From an uncultured Bacilli bacterium (GTDB lineage Bacteria > Bacillota_I > Bacilli_A > RF39 > UBA660): 43,347 nucleotides of DNA. The position numbers and the translations under genes are program-made. Below the pieces are notes generated by a model. The model had not been told where the DNA came from, did no database searches, and saw nothing but the letters and a program-made list of their open reading frames with translations. The DNA is taken from the NCBI GenBank assembly GCA_947522695.1, contig CANNTX010000002.1:1-43347 (forward strand). Reading direction: 5' to 3'. Of the stretch, positions 8,957-19,701 are shown piece after piece. Position 1 is the first letter of the stretch, and each line of letters starts with the position of its first letter.

Positions 8957-8972
8957 TATTTCCCGGGAAATA
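8957..8972. promoter_or_regulatory. Noc-binding-site palindrome TATTTCCCGGGAAATA
   Basis: Perfect 16-bp palindrome. The flanks differ from the other three copies. Confidence 0.8.
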
Positions 8973-9043
8973 ATTTTATAAAATATATAAATAAAATGTT
9001 AATAAATATGTAACTAAAATTTATATATTGAAATGAAAAAGAA

Positions 9044-9052
9044 TGTGGAAAA
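9044..9052 (-). promoter_or_regulatory. DnaA box (TTTTCCACA) at the right edge of the palindrome array
   Basis: tgtggaaaa on the plus strand, in the same orientation and context as 7114..7122. Confidence 0.5.
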
Positions 9053-9061
9053 CTTTATTTA

Positions 9062-9100
9062 AATAAAGAAAAACGATATAATTTACTCATTTATATCGTT
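9062..9100 (-). terminator. Rho-independent terminator of gyrA
   Basis: 9-bp stem aacgatata/tatatcgtt (9072..9080 / 9092..9100). The loop spans the gyrA stop codon. A T-rich run follows on the minus strand. Confidence 0.6.
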
Positions 9101-11659
9101 ATTTTCATCATTATTCTTTGAAATTAAACTAATAGCTGCAACTTTTTGATCATTTTTTAAATTTATTAATCTAGTTCCTTGAGTAACTCTACCCAATTGA
9201 CTTAATTGATCAAGTGGAATTCTTATAATAATACCCTCATTTGTAATGATCATTAAATCACAATTATCTTCAACACGTTTAATTGCAGCAATACCACCAT
9301 TCTTATCAGTAATATTTAATGCCTTAACACCTTTGCTACCTCTACTAGTTTTTCTAAATTCACTAATTAATGTTAATTTACCATATCCTTTTTCAGTAAC
9401 AATTACAATATTATCAGATTCCTTAGTAGTTTCTACACCAACACATAACTCATCACCAAGATTAATTCCTTTAACTCCAGAAGCAGTTCTACCCATCATT
9501 CTAATATCGGATTCTTTGAATAATACAACTCTTCCAGCTGATGAAGCAAGAACAACATCGCATTCACCATCAGTTTTCTTAACGCCAATCAATTCATCAT
9601 TATCTCTTAAACTAATACAAATCTTGCCAGATTTTCTAATATTATCAAATTCTTCAATAGCAGTCTTCTTTACAATACCTTTCTTAGTAGCAAATAGTAA
9701 ATATTTAGCACTGTCATTTCTAGAATAAGTAAGCATTGAAGTTATATATTCATCCTTCTCAATTTGTAATAAATTAATAATTGGTAATCCCTTAGAAGTT
9801 CTACTAAACTCAGGAACCTCATACCCTTTAATCTTATAAACCTTACCTTTATTAGTAAACAATAATACATAATCATGAGACATTAAATTTGACATATACT
9901 CGACATAATCTTCCTCGTTAGTTGACATTCCCTTTACGCCTACACCACCTCTATTTTGAATCTTATAAGTTTCAGAAGTAGTTCTCTTAATATAACCTTT
10001 TGATGTTAAAGAAATAACAATATTTTCATTTGGAATTAAAGACTCATCTTCAATATAATCAATAGCAGTCATATCAATAGAAGTACGTCTATCATCAGAA
10101 TATCTATTCTTAATATCTAATAACTCTTGTTTTATAATGTTTAAAACTTTTTCTTCACTAGCTAAAATTGATTTTAATTCCTCAATTAGTTCTAATAGTG
10201 ACTTTAATTCCTCTTCAATCTTACTTCTTTCTAAACCAGTTAAACGTCTTAACTTTAATTCTAAAATACTTTCAGCTTGAATTTGAGATAAGAAAAATCT
10301 ATCCATTAAAGTCTTTTTAGCAATTTCATCGGTTTCAGATGTCTTAATAACCTTAATAACCTCATCAATATTATCAAGAGCAATCTTATAACCTTCTAAA
10401 ATATGAACTCTAGCTTCACTCTTTTTCAAATCAAACTTAGTTCTTCTAATAATAACTTCTTTTTGATGATCTATATACTTCGAAATAATAGATTTTAATC
10501 CCAAAGTACGTGGAACACCTTGATCAAGCATTAAGAAGATAATACTATAATTAACTTGAAATTGAGTATGTTTAAATAATTTATTTAAAACAACCTGGGC
10601 ATTAGCATCCTTCTTTAAAGTAATAGTAATTTTAACTCCATCCTTTAAATCAGTATGATAATCAGTTATACCATCAATAATCTTGTTATGAACAAGTTCA
10701 GCAACTTTATTTTTAAGTTCACTAGTATTAACACCATAAGGAACTTCAGTAATAACAATATTAGAATGAGTTCCCTTTTCCTCAATTTCCGCTCTACTTC
10801 TAATAGTAATCGTTCCCCTACCAGTTTCATAAGCCTGTTTTATACCAGAATTTCCTAAAATTATACCACCAGTTGGAAAATCAGGACCTTTAATATACTG
10901 CATTAAACCTAAAGTATCAATATCAGGATTATCAATATAAGCAACACATCCATCTATAACCTCACCTAAATTATGTGGAGGAATATTAGTAGCCATACCA
11001 ACAGCAATACCCATTGTTCCATTTACAAGTACATTTGGAAATTTACTAGGTAAAACCTTAGGTTCTTTTAAAGTTTCGTCAAAGTTAGCCATAAAATCAA
11101 CAGTATCTTTATTAATATCCCTTAATAATTCAAGAGATAATTTTGATAATCTAGCCTCAGTATAACGGTAAGCAGCAGCACCATCGCCATCAATATTACC
11201 AAAGTTTCCGTGTCCATCAACTAAAGTATATCTTTGACTAAAATCCTGTGCAAGTCTTACCATTGCTTCATAAATTGAAGAGTCACCGTGTGGATGATAA
11301 TGTCCCATTACATTACCAACAGTTGTAGCCGATTTTCTATGAGGTTTATCAGGAGTATTACCTTCCTCATACATAGACCATAAAATACGTCTGTGAACAG
11401 GTTTTAAACCATCTCTTAAGTCTGGTAGAGCACGAGATGTAATAACACTCATAGAGTATCTTAAAAACGAATCCTTGACCTCAGTAACAATATTATTAAC
11501 ATCTCTAGAATCTCTTTCATGAAATACACCACTAAAATCATCAGTCGAATCATTATTTACCTTAATATTATCATCAACAATTTCTTCATGGGTAACTAAA
11601 TCTTCATTAGTATCTACGTTTGTAGTATCAATTATATTTTCATTTTCTTCATTATTCAT
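9083..11659 (-). CDS. gyrA: DNA gyrase subunit A
   Basis: [31 protein letters not shown] (active-site Tyr) and C-terminal beta-pinwheel repeats. AGGAGGTG lies upstream of the ATG. The protein has an acidic ~45-aa N-terminal extension. Confidence 0.97.
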   Translation of the reverse strand: MNNEENENIIDTTNVDTNEDLVTHEEIVDDNIKVNNDSTDDFSGVFHERDSRDVNNIVTEVKDSFLRYSMSVITSRALPDLRDGLKPVHRRILWSMYEEGNTPDKPHRKSATTVGNVMGHYHPHGDSSIYEAMVRLAQDFSQRYTLVDGHGNFGNIDGDGAAAYRYTEARLSKLSLELLRDINKDTVDFMANFDETLKEPKVLPSKFPNVLVNGTMGIAVGMATNIPPHNLGEVIDGCVAYIDNPDIDTLGLMQYIKGPDFPTGGIILGNSGIKQAYETGRGTITIRSRAEIEEKGTHSNIVITEVPYGVNTSELKNKVAELVHNKIIDGITDYHTDLKDGVKITITLKKDANAQVVLNKLFKHTQFQVNYSIIFLMLDQGVPRTLGLKSIISKYIDHQKEVIIRRTKFDLKKSEARVHILEGYKIALDNIDEVIKVIKTSETDEIAKKTLMDRFFLSQIQAESILELKLRRLTGLERSKIEEELKSLLELIEELKSILASEEKVLNIIKQELLDIKNRYSDDRRTSIDMTAIDYIEDESLIPNENIVISLTSKGYIKRTTSETYKIQNRGGVGVKGMSTNEEDYVEYMSNLMSHDYVLLFTNKGKVYKIKGYEVPEFSRTSKGLPIINLLQIEKDEYITSMLTYSRNDSAKYLLFATKKGIVKKTAIEEFDNIRKSGKICISLRDNDELIGVKKTDGECDVVLASSAGRVVLFKESDIRMMGRTASGVKGINLGDELCVGVETTKESDNIVIVTEKGYGKLTLISEFRKTSRGSKGVKALNITDKNGGIAAIKRVEDNCDLMIITNEGIIIRIPLDQLSQLGRVTQGTRLINLKNDQKVAAISLISKNNDENNDINE

Positions 11660-11672
11660 ATCAAAACACCTC

Positions 11673-14688
<3,016 letters not shown>

Positions 14689-14719
14689 TTTAAACCCTCT
14701 TTAAAGCCATATAGAACAA

Positions 14720-14751
14720 AATAGGTATATTCTAAAGTACCTATACCTATT
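14720..14751 (-). terminator. Hairpin terminator after the ComK-like gene
   Basis: Perfect 10-bp stem aataggtata/tatacctatt with a 12-nt loop. The U-tract on the minus strand is modest. Confidence 0.45.
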
Positions 14752-14785
14752 TCATTATACCACATTTTAATGTTGCTTAAAACAA

Positions 14786-15244
14786 TTATTTATCTTTTTT
14801 TCTATTTTTTAATGCATTATCAAGCGATAAAGATTTAAAGTACTGATTTCTTATTATATTATAAGTTGCATCTACATTTATTTCTTCATCATTTAAAAAC
14901 TGAATAGTTGTTTTTTCATCATCCGGAACTATTTTTTTAATATTTCCTAAATTAATCCAAGAGCATTCTTTTAATCTAGGAGAACATGTTGGAAAAAATA
15001 TCATATTATCTTGTTCAGACATAACAATTGGAGCTTTATAACCAAAACCAAGCATTGCATAAGTTCCTTTTAATCTTCCATCAATACTACTTCCATAATA
15101 TTCACAATTTTCATTAATAACTGACGATACATTCTTCTCTAAAATAAAATAATCATGATTTTCATATACTACCGTCTTCTTTTTACTTAATGGTACAATC
15201 GCTAATGTATTTTCTGTAATCTTATAACTTTTCAAACCACTCAC
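14786..15244 (-). CDS. comK: ComK-family competence transcription factor-like protein
   Basis: CEYYGSSIDGRLKGTY, KAPIVMS and IFFPTCSPRLKECSWI parallel B. subtilis ComK CRFFGSSYAGRKAGTY, KPPIMV and LFPTLSS..QCGWI (recalled). The GTG at 15244 abuts the SD GAGGGGG, so the TTG at 15235 is an alternative start. Confidence 0.75.
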   Translation of the reverse strand: MSGLKSYKITENTLAIVPLSKKKTVVYENHDYFILEKNVSSVINENCEYYGSSIDGRLKGTYAMLGFGYKAPIVMSEQDNMIFFPTCSPRLKECSWINLGNIKKIVPDDEKTTIQFLNDEEINVDATYNIIRNQYFKSLSLDNALKNRKKDK

Positions 15245-15278
15245 CCCCTCTTTAGTCGTATATTAAATCACAACATTT

Positions 15279-15305
15279 TGTCGAAATATGCCGAAATTTG
15301 TCGAA
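15279..15305 (+). promoter_or_regulatory. Three tandem Spo0A-box matches (TGTCGAA, TGCCGAA, TGTCGAA) at exact 10-bp phasing upstream of the ComK-like gene
   Basis: Boxes at 15279..15285, 15289..15295 and 15299..15305 each fit the 0A box TGNCGAA. A-tracts continue the 10-bp phase to about 15319. Confidence 0.5.
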
Positions 15306-15368
15306 AAAATTTGAAAAATTAAAAAAAAGCGAATTATTTAAAATCCACTTTTCTATAAATATCAATTT

Positions 15369-16484
15369 TTAATATGTTTTTATTGGTAAAATCAACTGAA
15401 TTAAACTATCATCCTTAGCATTTTTTAAAATTATTGGTTTAGAATCACCATTCATTAATATAATTAACTCATCATCACTTAATGTCTTTAAAGCATCAAG
15501 CATATATTTAGCACTATAAGAAATCGCAATATCATTATCATTATTTTTTGAAATAGCAACACTTTCCTCAGATTTACCAATTTCACTAGCAAATGAAGTA
15601 ATAACAAGTTCATTTCCTACTGTTTTCATATTAATTAAATTTTTATCCTTATTTTGTGTAAGCAACGCTGCTCTATCAATTGCGCTATAAAAATTATTTA
15701 AATTAGTAGTTAATATATACTCAAAATCTGTTGGTATTAAATTAGATGTATTAGGATATTGTCCACTAAGTAAACTAGTTTGAAATAAATAACCATTATA
15801 TTCAAATAATAACTTGTTACTAAATAAATTAATCTTAACATCCTCTTCATCAGTTAATATCTTATCAAATTCTTGAATATTTTTTCCTGGAACAACAATA
15901 TCATAAGTTCCATAATCAGCATCTAAAATAATTGTCTTCTTAGCAAGTCTATAACTATCAGTTGTAACACATTCCATCACATTACCATTAATTCTAATAT
16001 TTAAACCAGTTAATAATGGACGAGACTCTTGAGTTGAAATAGCAAATAAAGTTTGTGAAAATAACTCCTTTAAGATTGAACTGTTCAAAACTATTGGGTT
16101 ATTAACAGTTTCTAAATTTATATTAGGATAATCTTCAGTACTTAAACAATTTAAATTATAAACTGTATTCTCTGTACTAATTATTATTTTTAATCCATCT
16201 ATAACCTCAATATTAATATCTGAATTAGGCATTTTCTTTATTATTTCTAATAGATATTTACTTTGAATAATAATTTTACCTGTTTCCTCAATAGATTTAA
16301 TCTTATCACTTGGAATAAACTTTCTTATAACAAGATCACTATCACTAGCAGTTAAATATAAACCTTCTTCTTTTAAATCAAACATAACTCCATTTAATAT
16401 AGGAATAATATTTCTTGGAGATACTGCTCTAATAACATTACTTAAACTTTCTAATAAAATATTTTTTTCAATTATTAATTTCAT
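15369..16484 (-). CDS. dnaN: DNA polymerase III beta sliding clamp
   Basis: 371 aa with three-domain clamp length and pattern; C-terminal MPIK-like LILPIKT; immediately downstream of dnaA. Confidence 0.93.
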   Translation of the reverse strand: MKLIIEKNILLESLSNVIRAVSPRNIIPILNGVMFDLKEEGLYLTASDSDLVIRKFIPSDKIKSIEETGKIIIQSKYLLEIIKKMPNSDINIEVIDGLKIIISTENTVYNLNCLSTEDYPNINLETVNNPIVLNSSILKELFSQTLFAISTQESRPLLTGLNIRINGNVMECVTTDSYRLAKKTIILDADYGTYDIVVPGKNIQEFDKILTDEEDVKINLFSNKLLFEYNGYLFQTSLLSGQYPNTSNLIPTDFEYILTTNLNNFYSAIDRAALLTQNKDKNLINMKTVGNELVITSFASEIGKSEESVAISKNNDNDIAISYSAKYMLDALKTLSDDELIILMNGDSKPIILKNAKDDSLIQLILPIKTY

Positions 16485-16599
16485 TTTATATCCTTCTTTC
16501 TAATTTAATAATAATAATGGTGTTCATTTTGTGGAAAACTCTAAAACTTCCTTATTTTAAAGGCTTTCATTAAAATTTTTATTTTCAAACTTTTCCACA
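16485..16599. promoter_or_regulatory. oriC downstream module (dnaA-dnaN spacer): 2 DnaA boxes, a (TAA)4 run and AT-rich unwinding candidate
   Basis: tgtggaaaa at 16530..16538, ttttccaca at 16591..16599 and taataataataat at 16506..16518. Confidence 0.6.
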
Positions 16600-17985
16600 T
16601 TAATTAACAATTTTATTTTTTATGTTCTCTATATCATCTTTTAACTTTGCATTTGTGTTAATATCTTCAGCTATTTTATCACAGGCATGAATTACTGTTG
16701 AATGATCTCTATTTCCAAATTCAAGTCCTATTTTAACAAGTGTTTCATCAGTTGTTGTTTGACTTAAATATATCCCAATTTGTCTAGCATAATTAATATT
16801 TGCTGTCCTTTTTTTACTTTTTAAATCTTCAACACTTAGATTAAAATATTCAGCAACTGCTCTTTGAATTCTTTGAATATTATTTGTTATATACATTGAT
16901 GTGCCTAGGAAACCTTTTAAAGCCTCGGTTGCAAATTCAACATTTATCTCATTTGGTACCATAATTGCAGCATAAGCATATAACCTATTAATAGCGCCTT
17001 CTAACTGTCTAACATCATTCTCACAATTAGATGCAATATATTCAATTACCCTATCATCAACCAATTTAGCAACTTCATGGCCCATCATTTTATTTCTAAG
17101 AATTTGGCATCTTAATGCAAAATCAGGTGGATAAATATTAGCCGTTAATCCCCATCTAAATCTTGTTAAAAGTCTTTCTTCTAATAATTTTAAATCATCT
17201 GGTGATCTGTCAGAACTAATAATTATCTGTTTATTTGAATCGTATAATTCAGTAAATGTATGGAAAAATTCATCTTGTGATTTATCAGCACCAGCTAAAA
17301 ATTGAATATCATCTATAATAAGAACGTCGATGTTACGATATTTCTCTTTAAAATTGTTCATAACTTCATAATTGTCAACATTCTTATCTTTTCGAAGCAT
17401 TCCTGTAAAATCAGCTATAAATTCACTACTTGTTACATAAAGAACTACTTTGTCTGAGCTATTTGAAATTCTATTACCAATTGCATGCATCAAATGTGTT
17501 TTACCGAGTCCACTCTTTCCATATATAAATAAAGGGTTATAAATTTTACCTGGATTTTCTGCAACTGCCTGTGCTGATGAGCAAGCAAATCTGTTTGTAT
17601 CTCCTACAATAAAATTATCAAAGGTATATTTCGGATTTAAATTAGAATTTAATTTTTTATGCTCTATTTCTAGGGCCTTGCCAATATTTTTTGTTTCAAC
17701 TACTCTATCATTTTGAGCTATTTCTTCTTTATGATTACCACTTTTAAGAACAAATTCAAAATCATAATTAACATTAGTTATTTCATATAAAACTTCACTC
17801 ATTAAATCAGTATAATTTCGTGCCAAAAAGTTCTTTTGAAATTCACTCTCTACCTCTACAATACAAGAATTTCCATTTATACCCAGTAATTTCGTGGGTT
17901 TTAGCCAACTATTGAAAGAAAAAGGTTGTAGTATTTTAACTTGAATTTGAGCTAAAAATTTATTCCACAATTGTTCATTATCCAT
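16600..17985 (-). CDS. dnaA: Chromosomal replication initiator DnaA
   Basis: AAA+ Walker A GKSGLGKTHL, IDDIQFL, and domain IV (NRDHSTVIHACDKI). Confidence 0.97.
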   Translation of the reverse strand: MDNEQLWNKFLAQIQVKILQPFSFNSWLKPTKLLGINGNSCIVEVESEFQKNFLARNYTDLMSEVLYEITNVNYDFEFVLKSGNHKEEIAQNDRVVETKNIGKALEIEHKKLNSNLNPKYTFDNFIVGDTNRFACSSAQAVAENPGKIYNPLFIYGKSGLGKTHLMHAIGNRISNSSDKVVLYVTSSEFIADFTGMLRKDKNVDNYEVMNNFKEKYRNIDVLIIDDIQFLAGADKSQDEFFHTFTELYDSNKQIIISSDRSPDDLKLLEERLLTRFRWGLTANIYPPDFALRCQILRNKMMGHEVAKLVDDRVIEYIASNCENDVRQLEGAINRLYAYAAIMVPNEINVEFATEALKGFLGTSMYITNNIQRIQRAVAEYFNLSVEDLKSKKRTANINYARQIGIYLSQTTTDETLVKIGLEFGNRDHSTVIHACDKIAEDINTNAKLKDDIENIKNKIVN

Positions 17986-18220
17986 ACCATCACCCCGATG
18001 TTCCGTTTTTTACTACCATTATTGTAAAACACGATTGTGGAAAAATAAAGTAAAAAATACAAAAAATTTTTTTAAACATAGTTATACACACACTTTTCCA
18101 CAAAAATAAGACCATTTTATCGGTATATAAACAACTTATCAACATTATCAACAAATTTATTTTCACATTGTTTAAAAGTTTTCCACTTTTCCACACTTTT
18201 CTGTGGAAAACTATTTTTTC
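17986..18220. promoter_or_regulatory. oriC upstream module: cluster of at least 8 DnaA boxes
   Basis: Boxes: 18036..18044 tgtggaaaa, 18082..18090 ttatacaca, 18094..18102 ttttccaca, 18136..18144 and 18145..18153 ttatcaaca, 18179..18187 ttttccact, 18187..18195 ttttccaca, 18202..18210 tgtggaaaa. The strand switch of all genes occurs here. Confidence 0.8.
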
Positions 18221-18249
18221 TTTACTTTTTACCCAACTTATATTATACT
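18221..18249 (+). promoter_or_regulatory. Promoter of rpmH-rnpA operon
   Basis: TTTACT, 17-nt spacer, TATACT. Confidence 0.5.
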
Positions 18250-18279
18250 ATGATTACGAATGAAGCGGAGGTGCAAACG

Positions 18280-18402
18280 ATGAAAAGAACATATCAACCA
18301 AACAATAGAAAAATGAAAAAGAAACATGGATTCTTTGCTAGAAAAAATTCTAACATATTAAAATCTCGTAGACGTAAAGGTCGTAAAGTATTATGTAAGT
18401 AG
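18280..18402 (+). CDS. rpmH: 50S ribosomal protein L34
   Basis: Not in the ORF track because it is under 60 aa. MKRTYQPNNRKMKKKHGFFARKNSNILKSRRRKGRKVLCK; SD GGAGGTG upstream. Confidence 0.93.
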   Translation: MKRTYQPNNRKMKKKHGFFARKNSNILKSRRRKGRKVLCK

Positions 18403-18444
18403 CCACGTAAGTGGTTTTTATTCTAATCAATAGGAGGAATAACA

Positions 18445-18771
18445 ATGAATACTAAAATGCGAATTAAGTCCGCTGATGAATTTAACGATATTATTAAAAC
18501 CGGAACCAAGATCTATTCTCCATTCTTTATAATTTATTATAAGGAAAAGAAATTAGATAATCCTAGATTTGGAATTACCCAAGCTAAAAAGTTTGGTAAA
18601 GCTTATAAAAGAAATCGTTATCGTAGAATATTAAGAGAAATTATTAGAACTAATATAAAAGTATTTAAAAATGAATATGACTATATTATAATAATAATGA
18701 AAAAGTGTGATACTTTAGATTTTAAACAAATCGAAGATAATTTGCTTAAAGTAATAAAGGAGAAACTATGA
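18445..18771 (+). CDS. rnpA: Ribonuclease P protein component
   Basis: 108-aa basic protein with an RNR-like motif (KRNRYRRILRE). Lies after rpmH. Confidence 0.9.
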   Translation: MNTKMRIKSADEFNDIIKTGTKIYSPFFIIYYKEKKLDNPRFGITQAKKFGKAYKRNRYRRILREIIRTNIKVFKNEYDYIIIIMKKCDTLDFKQIEDNLLKVIKEKL

Positions 18772-19700
18772 AAAAAAAGTACATCATAATTTTAGTCAGC
18801 TTATGTTTCTTATTAACAGGTTGTACTAAATACTTATCAGACACTGATAACAAAAGAGTCATAAATGAAGAAACAGGTCAAAGTTTACCATCAAATATAT
18901 TATGTAAACCAACAGATGAAAATTTAAAATCTATTTATGAAAAATATGAAGATAAACTAGAGTTTAAATTAGAAGATTTACCTGAATGTGAAAATATCAA
19001 AATTTACGATTCTAAAACTTATAGTGGTTTATGGGTTCAATTAATTGTAATGCCACTTGCCTACTTAATTATTAAAATTGGAAATTTTGTTGGTAACTAT
19101 GGTTTATCAGTGATGATTGTCGGCTTATTAATTAGACTTATCTTAGTTCCATTTTCAGCTAAAACAATGAACCAATCTGAAAATATGAAAAAAGCAAGTC
19201 CCGAACTAGCTAGACTAGAAAAGAAATACGAAAATAAAAATGATCAACAATCATTAACTATGAAAAGTACCGAAATGTTACAAATTTACAAAAAATATAA
19301 CATTAACCCAATGGGAAGTTGTTTAATCTCATTAATTCAATTTCCATTATTCTTCGGATTCCTAGAAGCAATAAATCGTATTCCGGCAATCTTTGAAGGA
19401 ACCTTAGGTGCATATCACTTAGGTATAACTCCATTAATCGGATTAAGAACTGGAAATTATTACTATATCGTGTTACTATTATTAATAATGTTAACAACAT
19501 ATTTGTCATTCAAAAATACTATGACTCAAACAAGTGGTAATCCCGAACAAGATAAACAAATGAAACTGATGACATACTTCATGTTAGTGTTCATAACAAT
19601 TGCATCATTTAGTTTACCAACTGCCATTGCCTTATATTGGGTTGTAACAAATGGATTTAACGTTATTCAAAATTTAATAATAATGAAGGGAAGAAAATAA
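18768..19700 (+). CDS. yidC: Membrane protein insertase YidC/SpoIIIJ (lipoprotein form)
   Basis: Lipobox LLTGC, five TM segments, rnpA-yidC-jag synteny. Confidence 0.9.
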   Translation: MKKKYIIILVSLCFLLTGCTKYLSDTDNKRVINEETGQSLPSNILCKPTDENLKSIYEKYEDKLEFKLEDLPECENIKIYDSKTYSGLWVQLIVMPLAYLIIKIGNFVGNYGLSVMIVGLLIRLILVPFSAKTMNQSENMKKASPELARLEKKYENKNDQQSLTMKSTEMLQIYKKYNINPMGSCLISLIQFPLFFGFLEAINRIPAIFEGTLGAYHLGITPLIGLRTGNYYYIVLLLLIMLTTYLSFKNTMTQTSGNPEQDKQMKLMTYFMLVFITIASFSLPTAIALYWVVTNGFNVIQNLIIMKGRK

Positions 19701-19701
19701 A

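Larger units (their letters stand above)
7223..8972. repeat. Non-coding centromere-like array: interleaved parS and Noc-binding-site (NBS) palindromes in a higher-order tandem repeat
   Basis: 11 parS-type and 4 NBS-type palindromes lie in 1.75 kb of otherwise extremely AT-rich DNA with no credible ORF. The flanking spacer sequences are also repeated. Confidence 0.9.

Noticed and set aside
7223-8972. CRISPR array as an explanation for the regularly spaced repeats
   Set aside because: The repeats are 16-24-bp perfect palindromes of two different kinds, and the spacings are 52-210 bp and non-uniform. The 'spacers' are themselves homologous between units. No cas genes or leader are present.
7106-9060. 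Mobile element / IS or integrated plasmid remnant, suggested by the flanking 15-bp direct repeats
   Set aside because: There is no transposase, integrase, rep or par gene, no terminal inverted repeats, and no coding capacity at all. The direct repeat contains a DnaA box that also occurs in oriC, so it need not be a target-site duplication.
6986-9082. An rRNA/tRNA operon, expected after gyrA or near bofA by analogy with B. subtilis rrnO/rrnA
   Set aside because: The intergenic DNA has no GC-rich structured stretch apart from the 71-nt SRP RNA. Nothing resembles 16S/23S/5S or a tRNA cloverleaf.
15325-15352. ComK-type AT-boxes (AAAA-N5-TTTT) upstream of the ComK-like gene, e.g. AAAATCCACTTTT at 15340..15352
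   Set aside because: One perfect and one imperfect box exist, but their spacing does not fit the known K-box classes. Such motifs are expected by chance in DNA this AT-rich.
17990-18196. 68-aa ORF upstream of dnaA
   Set aside because: It lies entirely within the DnaA-box cluster of oriC, has no SD, and its sequence is dictated by repeated TTTTCCACA motifs.
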